Assembly: GCA_037441705.1 (NCBI GenBank)
Contig: JBBIRR010000045.1
Coordinates: 1-29,102 of the forward strand
DNA length: 29,102 nt
Source: Ignavibacteriales bacterium
Lineage (GTDB): Bacteria > Bacteroidota > Ignavibacteria > UBA10030 > UBA6906
Direction: 5' to 3'
Shown: in pieces, positions 17,401 through 26,165 of the stretch
Position numbering within the stretch: position 1 is the first letter of the stretch
Layout: each line of letters opens with the position of its first letter
Notes under the pieces: generated by a model
What the model saw: the letters and a program-made list of their open reading frames with translations, nothing else
Databases searched by the model: none
Told to the model about the DNA's origin: nothing
Program-made: the position numbers and the translations under genes

Positions 17401-17763
17401 ATGCTCACACACATCAAATCCCCTTCTATCATCAAAGCGGCGGGCAACAAGCCGAAGATCATCGAAGAGTTTGTCGGACGAGTCAACTCCAACACCGACG
17501 CTCTCAGCATTGCGCGCATGAAGAGTCCGTCGGGCTGGGTCGAGCCGGGACAAACGCCCGAGTTCGAGGAGTTCACGGTCGTGCTCAGCGGCGAGCTGCG
17601 TGTAACAACGCATCACGGCGTGGTGGACGTTCGAGCCGGAGAAGCCGTCATCGCCCACAAAGGCGAGTGGGTTCAGTACAGCACTCCGGGGCCGCAGGGC
17701 GCGGAATACATTGCCGTGTGCCTTCCGGCCTTCTCGCCCGAAACCGTTCACCGCGAGACGTGA
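17401..17763 (+). CDS. Cupin-domain protein (EutQ-like)
   Basis: AAGNKPKIIEEFVGRVNS, GWVEPGQTPEFEEFTVVLSGEL, EWVQYSTP, AEYIAVCLPAFSPETVHR; start ATG 17401. Confidence 0.85.
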   Translation: MLTHIKSPSIIKAAGNKPKIIEEFVGRVNSNTDALSIARMKSPSGWVEPGQTPEFEEFTVVLSGELRVTTHHGVVDVRAGEAVIAHKGEWVQYSTPGPQGAEYIAVCLPAFSPETVHRET

Positions 17764-18980
17764 TGCAGGATCGGACGCTGCTTTTTGTGACCCGCAGTGT
17801 GCGGCTGTTTGCGTACGGGTTTCTTTCGGTCATTCTTGCCTTGTACCTTTCGCGCATCGGCTTGAGCGACGCGGAGATCGGGCTTCTCGTGACTCTCACA
17901 CTCCTGGGCGATGCTGCGATCTCGTTGCTCATCACCACCACGGCGGACCGCGTCGGCAGGCGCAGGATGCTTCTCCTCGGCGCGATGCTGATGGCCATCG
18001 CGGGTGTCGTATTTGCGCTTACGGAGTCGGTCCCGCTGCTCGTTGTTGCTGCTATCATCGGTGTCATCAGTCCGGGCGGTAACGAGATCGGTCCGTTCCT
18101 TTCCATCGAGCAGGCGGCGCTCTCCCAACTCTCGTCCGACGAGCGGCGGACCCACGTTTTTGCCTGGTACACGCTGAGCGGCTCGCTTGCCGCTGCCGCC
18201 GGCGCGCTTGCAGGCGGGTGGATCACACAGATGTTGCAGATGGCGGGCTTGACGGCTGTCGGTTCTTACCGCGCTCTTCTCTTCGCGTACGCGGGCGCTG
18301 GCGTGGTTCTCTTCGTCTGCTTCGCGTTGCTTTCTCCTCGAGTGGAAGTCGCAGCGCCCGTCCGATCGCCATCCACGCGCTTTGGCTTGCATCGCTCACG
18401 CAATGTTGTCTTGAAACTGAGCAGCCTGTTCGCGCTGGATGCGTTTGCCGGCGGGTTCATCGTGCAAAGCATCCTGGTGTATTGGTTCCATCTCGAGTTT
18501 GGAGCGGATACCGGGCTGCTCGGGACGATTTTTTTCGCAGCAAATCTTTTGGCGGGACTTTCCTCGCTGCTTGCTTCACGGCTTGCCCGTCGGTTCGGTC
18601 TCGTCAACACGATGGTGTTCACCCATATTCCATCCAATCTTCTTCTATTGCTCGTTCCTCTGATGCCGACGCTGGAGCTCGCCGTCGCTGTGCTGCTGGC
18701 GCGCTTTGCCATCTCACAAATGGACGTGCCGACACGGCAATCGTATACGATGGCCGTGGTTGCCCCCGACGAGCGTTCCGCAGCGTCGGGCATCACAACC
18801 ATCGCACGCTCGGTGGGCGCTTCGCTTTCGCCGGCACTCACGGGTATCCTCCTTGCCCATCCGGTTCTGCGCAGCGTTCCGTTCTTTCTCGCCGGAGGAC
18901 TGAAGATCGTGTACGATTTGATTCTGTACTGGAGTTTCAGGCAGGTTCGCCCGCCGGAGGAACGGAACGCATCCAACTGA
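17763..18980 (+). CDS. MFS transporter
   Basis: About 12 hydrophobic segments; motif A ADRVGRRR; GPFLSIEQA, SQMDVPTRQSY; start overlaps the cupin stop (TGATG). Confidence 0.9.
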   Translation: MQDRTLLFVTRSVRLFAYGFLSVILALYLSRIGLSDAEIGLLVTLTLLGDAAISLLITTTADRVGRRRMLLLGAMLMAIAGVVFALTESVPLLVVAAIIGVISPGGNEIGPFLSIEQAALSQLSSDERRTHVFAWYTLSGSLAAAAGALAGGWITQMLQMAGLTAVGSYRALLFAYAGAGVVLFVCFALLSPRVEVAAPVRSPSTRFGLHRSRNVVLKLSSLFALDAFAGGFIVQSILVYWFHLEFGADTGLLGTIFFAANLLAGLSSLLASRLARRFGLVNTMVFTHIPSNLLLLLVPLMPTLELAVAVLLARFAISQMDVPTRQSYTMAVVAPDERSAASGITTIARSVGASLSPALTGILLAHPVLRSVPFFLAGGLKIVYDLILYWSFRQVRPPEERNASN

Positions 18981-19263
18981 CCCTCCTGCTCACGTCTTTG
19001 CTAGGCATTTGTTGTGACGATTATTGAATTGCTTGAGGAGTTTGCAGTACACCGCCTGCTCTCGTCTGCAAGCGCCGACGGCATCGGCAGGAGGGAATGA
19101 TGCATGCAAACAGTCGAAGTCGCAATACGCAGGAAGCGGAGTCCGGTGCGGACGAGATTTGGTTGGGCGACGCTGCCGCGGCATAGAGTTCTCTTACCTA
19201 ATTTGAAAATAATGGTGGAAATGATTGTGACGAAGGAAATCCCGCCCTCGTCTCTGGGAAATA

Positions 19264-19292
19264 TTGACAAAAGCTGATTTATTTTGTAGAGT
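19264..19292 (+). promoter_or_regulatory. Putative sigma70-type promoter for the three-gene operon
   Basis: Consensus TTGACA(19264-19269)-17 nt-TAGAGT(19287-19292) in an AT-rich patch. Confidence 0.55.
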
Positions 19293-19601
19293 ATAACGGC
19301 TTCACGACTGTTCTTTTCGCATCTTCAACACACCTCCAGCGGGGGAATGCATGACTTTTCGTTCTGATAGAGTCAGTCCGCCCGGCGATGTCTGTTTCGG
19401 ATCTGCCCCCCCACTCTCGTGTAAACGGTCGGCCTTTCATAGAGACTTCGACTCCCCTTACCTGTTTTCCCCTCACTCACGAACATACACCTTCTCGCAT
19501 AGGCTCGCTCATGGCCGCAGCGATGGAGAACGATTGGTGTCCATGACCCTTGTGGGAAGAATGCCTTTATCTTCATCACTGTCATCAAGGAGGTCCATGA
19601 G

Positions 19602-22600
19602 ATGCGAAGCCGTCGTTCGTCGCTGTTGATGCTTCCCTTCCTTGTGTGTGTGCTGGTCGCCGCAGCGCCCGCAAACGCACAGGTGAATGCAACGCTGTTC
19701 ATTCAACCCTTCCCTCCGCCGTATCCCGGAGAGTGGGAAACCAATCCCTCCATCGGCTATCTGACGGTGACCAACTCCTCGTCGGCGCTGCTTCAGGTAG
19801 TGTTCGACATCAAGATCTCGCGTCGTGCAACGGGCACGCAGATTTTGCGCGGATCGAGCAGCGTGCAAAGCCTGCCTCCCGGCGTTCCGTCCGTGTTCAA
19901 CAACACACAGTTTCTCAATCTGAACAACGTGACGTACGATGCCTCGGTCCGTTCGCAGATCATTCGCAGCGGCAGGATTCCCGAAGGCGAGTACGTCGCT
20001 TGCGTCGACATCCGCGATGCCGCGGGAGCGTTGATCGCGCAGAATGTTTGCTCGCAGTTCTTCACCATTGTGTACCCCGATCCGCCGTTTCTTGTAAGCC
20101 CGCTCGACCGCGACACGATTCAACAGCAGTACCCGATTTTCAGCTGGACGCCCGTCACCGTTCCGCCGGCGTACACCATCAACTATCAACTCAGGATCGT
20201 CGAGGTCCTTCCGAATCAGGTTCCCGCACAGGCGCTCGCGGCAAACACGCCGCCGCATTACGAGAATCTCTCGCTTACCACCACCAGCTTCATCTATCCT
20301 GTCGAAGCGCTTGCGTTTCAAGCCGGCAAGCGTTACGCGTGGCAGGTGCAGGTGATTGATCAGAACGGCTACCCGCCAAGTACCAACAACGGGCGAAGCC
20401 AGATCTTTACGTTCGTCTACCGCGGCGGCGGCCCGCCGCCCCCTCCACCCATCACGTTGCAGGAATGTCTCCTGCTGTGGGCGCATACGCCTGAGGCGAA
20501 CAGCAGGTGGATCGAGCCGGGCACGCCGAGATTCATTCTGAACGTGCGTCCCGCGATCAACTTCTCCCAACTCCGTCAGGGCAGGCTGCGTGTGTGGCGG
20601 ATGAATGATTCGAGTGAGGCCACGTCGAGCGTGACACAACGAACGCCCACGCTGCTCTATCCTTTCAACGTCTCTGCCGCAACCCTGCAGATGACGGAAA
20701 TCGACACAAGCATGAGCCGGCTTGAAGTGAAGGTTGATACTGCGCAGCATCCCTTCCGTCCCGACTCGAACGCGTGGTATCTCTGGAAATTCGATCTCAA
20801 GTACAATCCCCTTCTCGTTCGGAGAGATACGGTGGACTGTGTACGTGACACGGTTACGAGCGAGTATTTCAAATTCAAGTATGCGCCGCGTCCCGCACTT
20901 GCAGGAGGCGAGTGCCGCGACGTGTGCAGCGTTCCCGCGCCGACGGATCAAGCACCTGCAACGTTTGCCCTCACGCAGGGAGATACACTGAAGATCGGCC
21001 GGTTCGACATGGTGCTGACGCAGGTTTCGGGAAGTCCGGCGGGCCTCACGGGAAAGGGCGAGATCAAAATCCCCCTCTTCCGTGCAAAGCTGCAGGTGAA
21101 GTTCTCGGGCATCAGAGTTAATCGTCTGAAGCAGGTGTACGATGGTGAAGTAACGGCCGAGCAGGCGCAGGACTCGCCTCTTTCGGAAGCGCAAGCCAAC
21201 GCGCTCGGCACCGCGCTGAACCTGACGCCGGAACAGATCAATGCAATTCACACGTTCAGCTCGCAGACAGCGCGGCTCGTCAGCTCGCTTCTCGGCACCA
21301 CACCGCTGACGCTTCCCATCGGTCTCGACAATGAGATTGCGGGTCAGCGCTTCATTGTCGGCATCATCGGCATGGTTTTCAAGCCGACCGCCGCGTATAT
21401 GAACATGGCAATGTCCTATCCGATCCCGGAGTGGGGTCCGGGCATCGCGGTGAGTTTGGGTGCGCGCAACATCTGCTTCTCGCCTACCGGTATCGGCGGC
21501 GATGGGAATGTTCAGCTCTACCTCCCCTCCGATATCGGCTACACCTCCGGAGAATCCTGGGGGTTCAAGTTTCTCGCCTCTGCCTCGGGCGACTCGGGTT
21601 GCTATGTTACACTCGACTGTCGCGGGTTCAAAGACCTCCGCCTGAGTGCGCAGGTCGAGTTCCCGCGTGCGTGGCTTCGCCCGTTCCCGACCGATGACGG
21701 TGTCTCGAAGGTGAAGGCTTCCTTCACGACACACATTGCGCGCGGGCGCAACTTCATTGTTGGAGCGAATCTGGATCGGTGTGAGATTGCCAGCGCGCCC
21801 GGCTTCGTGCTGGAAGTACAGGAGATGACGCTCGACTTTTCGGACGAGCAGAATCCGGTCGGCATAGTGTTTCCGCCCGAGTATGTCGGCGTGCGGGATA
21901 ATACGTGGAAAGGATTTTACATCCGGCGAGCCAGTGTGTCGCTTCCGCCGCAGTTGCGGACGTTCGGCAGCTCGCAGCCCCCGCAGATTGCCGTGCAGAA
22001 CTTGCTCATCAATCGCGGCGGGGTAACGGGAAGCTTCCGTGCCGAGAATGTCTTTATGTATCCGAACGGCAACTTCGGCGATTGGGGCGGCAGTCTCGAT
22101 ACGCTCGCAATCGAGGTTGTCAGCAGCTCGCTCCGGTCCGGCTGGATGAAGGGGAAGATCAAGATGCCGATCTCCGAAACGCCGATGCTCTACTCGGCGA
22201 CGCTCTCGCGACCCGGATCAGGCGACACCTCACGCGTGCTGCGCTACGCGTTTGTCATCACGCCGGGCGATACGTTCGATGCAAACATCTGGATGGCGCG
22301 CATCAAACTTCTTCCCACATCCAACATTACCATCAGCAACGATAACCCGCAACGGAAGCTGCAGGCCGTTGCCATCCTCAACGGCAGCGTCTCCATCGCC
22401 GGAACGATCGGCGGTGTCCCCGATGTGAAATTCCCCGGCATCGGCTTCCAGAACATGAAGCTGCAGAGTGTGCGTCCGTACTTCACGCGGGGCACGTTCA
22501 GTTTTGCCAGCCCGGAGAAGGGCGTCGCCGGGTTCCCCGTCTCCATCTCCAACATCGACATGGAGAACGCAACGCGTCAGGGGAAGGACCTCACCGGTGT

Positions 22601-24053
22601 CAAGTTCACGATCAACGTCAATCTCGCGCCCGGGTCGAACTCCATCAGCGGCGGCACGACACTCAAGCTCTGGGGTGAATTGGATTTGACCGGTCCGGGA
22701 CAGAGGTTCAAGTTCAACAGCATCGAGTTAGATTCCATCGGCGTGAACGCCGACCTCGGGCCGGTGAAGGTGCTGGGCTACTTGAAGTTCTATCGCGACG
22801 ATCCGACGTTCGGCTCCGGCTTCCGCGGCGCGGTGCGTGCCGACATCATTCAGCGCATCACCATCACCTCAACGGTTCAGTTCGGCAAGGTGAGCGGCTT
22901 CCGGTATTTCTACGTTGATGCGAAGGGCGTCTTCAGTCCGGGCATTGCGTTCGGGACAACGGGTGTCGGGTTCTACGGACTTGGTGGAGGCTTCTGGTAC
23001 AACATGCGGCGCGAGGGTCCGGCAACTCCGCCTGTTCCCACATCATCGGGCGTTGCGGGTCCGCAACCGGGCGCGACGGTTTCAGGTTTCCGTTTCGTGC
23101 CCAGCGAAGGAACGTTCGGCTTCAAAGCGATGGTTGTGCTGGGGACGTATCCGTCGTCGGTTGCGTTCAACTGTGATGTCGTTCTCGAGATCGAACTGCA
23201 GCGCACGAGCACGGGTTCTCTCTCGATGAACCGCATTACGTTCCAGGGCAACGGCTACATGATGGCGGAAGTGACCGCGCGCCAGAACGCAAAGGTGACG
23301 ATGTTCTGCGACATCACCTACAACTTTCCGCAGAGTACGCTGCACGGTGTCTTCAACGTAACAATCAACGCCACGCCGGTGACCGGCACGGGTCAGACAG
23401 TGATTCATGTCGAACCTGCAACGTGGTACATCAAGATCGGCGAACCGAATAGCCGGTTCAATCTGCGGATGACGAGCTGGCTGCAGACGCAAGCGTACTT
23501 GATGATGGGAAGGAATCTTCCCCCGCCGCCACCTCCGCCCGAACAAGTGCGCCGTGTGATCGGCAGTCCGTCTTCCAACCGCGACAGCCGGATTGCTGCG
23601 GGCAGCGGGTTCGCCTTCGGTGCGTCCATCTCGTTCAGCACGGGGCGCGTCACCTACTCCATCTTTTATGGTGAGGTGAGTGCCGGCGGCGGATTCGATA
23701 TCGCCGTGCTGAAGCAGACGCGCTGCACAGGCATTAACGGCTGGCAGGCACAAGGCCAGCTCTATGCGTGGGTCAACGCTTCGATCGGGTTGTATGTTGA
23801 TGTCGGATTCTGGACCTACAAGCCCTGCGGGCCATGGTACTGCTGGTTGTGCAGATGGTGCCGTGACCGCTACGTCGGTTATCGGGGCAATTTCGAAATC
23901 CTCGGCGTGAGCGCTGCCGCGCTGTTAGAAGCCGGCGGTCCGAATCCCCTCTGGATTAAGGGGACGATTGCAGGACGCTACAACATTCTCGGCGGCCTTG
24001 TGAGCGGTTATTGTTCATTCCAGTTCAGTAAAGGAACGGAGTGTAGAATATGA
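19602..24053 (+). CDS. 1483-aa secreted protein: TANFOR-like N-terminal domain, Ig/FN3-like domains and a long Gly-rich beta region
   Basis: RBS AAGGAGGT; signal peptide APANA|QV; PPPYP..IPEGEYVACVDIRD..PPFLVSP..FSWTP..YAWQVQ pattern recalled from Bacteroidota TANFOR-type proteins; two poly-Pro linkers. The CDS is secure; the domain name is from memory. Confidence 0.75.
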   Translation: MRSRRSSLLMLPFLVCVLVAAAPANAQVNATLFIQPFPPPYPGEWETNPSIGYLTVTNSSSALLQVVFDIKISRRATGTQILRGSSSVQSLPPGVPSVFNNTQFLNLNNVTYDASVRSQIIRSGRIPEGEYVACVDIRDAAGALIAQNVCSQFFTIVYPDPPFLVSPLDRDTIQQQYPIFSWTPVTVPPAYTINYQLRIVEVLPNQVPAQALAANTPPHYENLSLTTTSFIYPVEALAFQAGKRYAWQVQVIDQNGYPPSTNNGRSQIFTFVYRGGGPPPPPPITLQECLLLWAHTPEANSRWIEPGTPRFILNVRPAINFSQLRQGRLRVWRMNDSSEATSSVTQRTPTLLYPFNVSAATLQMTEIDTSMSRLEVKVDTAQHPFRPDSNAWYLWKFDLKYNPLLVRRDTVDCVRDTVTSEYFKFKYAPRPALAGGECRDVCSVPAPTDQAPATFALTQGDTLKIGRFDMVLTQVSGSPAGLTGKGEIKIPLFRAKLQVKFSGIRVNRLKQVYDGEVTAEQAQDSPLSEAQANALGTALNLTPEQINAIHTFSSQTARLVSSLLGTTPLTLPIGLDNEIAGQRFIVGIIGMVFKPTAAYMNMAMSYPIPEWGPGIAVSLGARNICFSPTGIGGDGNVQLYLPSDIGYTSGESWGFKFLASASGDSGCYVTLDCRGFKDLRLSAQVEFPRAWLRPFPTDDGVSKVKASFTTHIARGRNFIVGANLDRCEIASAPGFVLEVQEMTLDFSDEQNPVGIVFPPEYVGVRDNTWKGFYIRRASVSLPPQLRTFGSSQPPQIAVQNLLINRGGVTGSFRAENVFMYPNGNFGDWGGSLDTLAIEVVSSSLRSGWMKGKIKMPISETPMLYSATLSRPGSGDTSRVLRYAFVITPGDTFDANIWMARIKLLPTSNITISNDNPQRKLQAVAILNGSVSIAGTIGGVPDVKFPGIGFQNMKLQSVRPYFTRGTFSFASPEKGVAGFPVSISNIDMENATRQGKDLTGVKFTINVNLAPGSNSISGGTTLKLWGELDLTGPGQRFKFNSIELDSIGVNADLGPVKVLGYLKFYRDDPTFGSGFRGAVRADIIQRITITSTVQFGKVSGFRYFYVDAKGVFSPGIAFGTTGVGFYGLGGGFWYNMRREGPATPPVPTSSGVAGPQPGATVSGFRFVPSEGTFGFKAMVVLGTYPSSVAFNCDVVLEIELQRTSTGSLSMNRITFQGNGYMMAEVTARQNAKVTMFCDITYNFPQSTLHGVFNVTINATPVTGTGQTVIHVEPATWYIKIGEPNSRFNLRMTSWLQTQAYLMMGRNLPPPPPPPEQVRRVIGSPSSNRDSRIAAGSGFAFGASISFSTGRVTYSIFYGEVSAGGGFDIAVLKQTRCTGINGWQAQGQLYAWVNASIGLYVDVGFWTYKPCGPWYCWLCRWCRDRYVGYRGNFEILGVSAAALLEAGGPNPLWIKGTIAGRYNILGGLVSGYCSFQFSKGTECRI

Positions 24054-26158
24054 GAACGCGGCTGTTCTTCTTTTCCGTCTTTGCGCTCCCGACGATCATC
24101 GCTGCGCAGCAGCGTGATACGCTGAATACTTTTGAGCTGGGCGGCGCCATACGCGATCCCGGCTTCGCGCAGATCAAGGTGATTGCGCGAGCAAGCAACG
24201 ATTCCGTTGTGCTGCGTTGGGCGCCGACAACACCCCACGGCTGGTATGTCGCCAACAGAACAGGCTACGTGATCGAACGGCGCAGCGGAACGGGACCGTT
24301 CACACGACTGACGCCGGATACGCTTCACCCGTGGCTTCCCGATCAAATGGCTGCTGCCATCGAAGCCGATCGCAACAACCAATACCTTCCTCTTGCACTG
24401 CAAGCGGTATGGGGAGACTCAGCGTTGCTGGAATTGATTCCGAGCGGACGCGACACGCTCGGCGCTGCGGCAGAGCTGGCAACGAATTTCTACAGTCTCG
24501 CACTCTTTGCCGCCGATAACGATCCGCTTGTCGCCCATGCCTTGGGCTTACGCTACGTTGACCGAACCGTTCGGCGAGGGGAACGATATACGTATCGCAT
24601 TTCTCTTCTTGAACGTCGAGACTACCGTATTGACCCCGGCGAAGTGACTGTGGATGTTCGGCCCGACGTCGTCGGACCGCCGCCGGTCAATCTCACGGCT
24701 CGCGGTCTCGACAGGCGTATCGAGTTGCGGTGGGAAGGACAACGCCAGAATGAGTACACGGGATACAACGTGTATCGTTCGGAAGATAATGGCCGCACGT
24801 ACCGGAAGCTGAATCCTCTCTCCATCGCGCTTGTTGTCAGCCGCGAGGCGAATCAAATCGGCATCGGGGTGTTCACGGATTCGACCGTCATCAACTACAG
24901 GCGGTATCGTTATCAGGTACGCGGGATCAACGCGTTCGGTGAGCTTGGTGCGGCTGGGGAGGTCGAGGCAATGGCTCGCGATCTCACGCCGCCCGTTCCG
25001 CCGCTGGTGAAGAATCCCGAACAGATCGGCGCGACGCGTATTCGTTTGACGTGGGAGATGCTGGAGCTTGATCCCGACCTCGCGGGTTTCGTCGTTTCGC
25101 GCAGCGCATTCTCCGACAGCAACTTCCGCCCGCTAACGCCGCGGCCTCTGCCCAAGACGGCGCGCAGTTACACCGACGAAGCCGCTTCGGACAACGAGCC
25201 GTACTATCTTGTTGCTTCCGTAGATACGGCCGGCAATGTCTCGCCTTCGCTGCCGCTCTACGGCTTCCTGATTGATACCATGCCGCCCGCCGTGCCGAAA
25301 GGTTTGACGGGGATGATTGATACCAACGGCGTCGTCCGCTTGCGGTGGAGGAGAAACACCGAGCGGAACATTCTGGGGTACCGCGTGCTACGCGCAAACG
25401 CGCTCGACCACGAGTTCACGCAGATTGCCAATCAGGTATGGAGGGACACGCTCTTCGTTGACACGGTCGAGGTCAATACACTCACGCGCTTCGTCTATTA
25501 CAGGATCGCCGCCGTGAACAATCGGTACAACCATTCGGAGATGACGCCGCCGTTGGGGCTGCGCCGTCCCGACCGAGTGCCGCCGGAAGCGCCTGTGTTC
25601 AGCGATGTGCGTGTCAGCGATTCGTCTGTTACACTCCGGTGGGTGCCGAGCACCAGCGAGGACGTAAAGTCGCATCTTCTCTATCGTCGCATGCAAGGGG
25701 AGACACGCTGGACGCTGCTCGCGACGCTCGCCCGAACGGAGGGAACGTACACCGACAAGGCGGTGAAGCAGAACATCATGTATGAATACCAGATCGAGGC
25801 TCTGGACAGCACGGGGCTGCGCGCCATGGCGCTGCTGGCGGTACAGGCGCGCCCCTACGATGTGGGAGTTCGATCGGCACCATCGGCGCTGCGGGCAACA
25901 TACGATGAGGCGCAGCGACGCGTGCTGCTTTCGTGGTTCTACATTCCGAAGAAAGAAGAACGATTCTACTACGTCGTGTATCGTTCGGCGCCGAACGCCT
26001 CCCTCACGCAGTACAAATCCTTTGCATCTCAACAGCCGGCCTTCACCGATACCGACCTCCTCGGCGCCGGAGTGTATGCCTACGCGGTGAAAGTGATTAC
26101 CGAATCGGGAGCGGAGTCGCCGCTGAGTGAGAGAGTCCAGGTCACGGTCGCCAGGTGA
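24050..26158 (+). CDS. Secreted fibronectin type III repeat protein (about 6-7 domains)
   Basis: ATGA overlap with the upstream gene; signal peptide; repeated LRW..GYNVYRS..YRYQV patterns with DLTPP, DTMPP and DRVPP linkers. Confidence 0.85.
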   Translation: MRTRLFFFSVFALPTIIAAQQRDTLNTFELGGAIRDPGFAQIKVIARASNDSVVLRWAPTTPHGWYVANRTGYVIERRSGTGPFTRLTPDTLHPWLPDQMAAAIEADRNNQYLPLALQAVWGDSALLELIPSGRDTLGAAAELATNFYSLALFAADNDPLVAHALGLRYVDRTVRRGERYTYRISLLERRDYRIDPGEVTVDVRPDVVGPPPVNLTARGLDRRIELRWEGQRQNEYTGYNVYRSEDNGRTYRKLNPLSIALVVSREANQIGIGVFTDSTVINYRRYRYQVRGINAFGELGAAGEVEAMARDLTPPVPPLVKNPEQIGATRIRLTWEMLELDPDLAGFVVSRSAFSDSNFRPLTPRPLPKTARSYTDEAASDNEPYYLVASVDTAGNVSPSLPLYGFLIDTMPPAVPKGLTGMIDTNGVVRLRWRRNTERNILGYRVLRANALDHEFTQIANQVWRDTLFVDTVEVNTLTRFVYYRIAAVNNRYNHSEMTPPLGLRRPDRVPPEAPVFSDVRVSDSSVTLRWVPSTSEDVKSHLLYRRMQGETRWTLLATLARTEGTYTDKAVKQNIMYEYQIEALDSTGLRAMALLAVQARPYDVGVRSAPSALRATYDEAQRRVLLSWFYIPKKEERFYYVVYRSAPNASLTQYKSFASQQPAFTDTDLLGAGVYAYAVKVITESGAESPLSERVQVTVAR

Positions 26159-26165
26159 CGACATC

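Noticed and set aside
16969-17762. Apparent long overlaps among puuD, cupin and MFS ORFs
   Set aside because: They disappear once starts are set at 17401 and 17763.
18981-19629. Small ORFs in the intergenic region, including the 92-aa 19351-19629 ORF
   Set aside because: No recognisable motifs and atypical composition; they overlap the promoter or the main start. Cannot be fully excluded.
19509-21734. 741-aa minus-strand ORF
   Set aside because: Antisense shadow of the 1483-aa gene.
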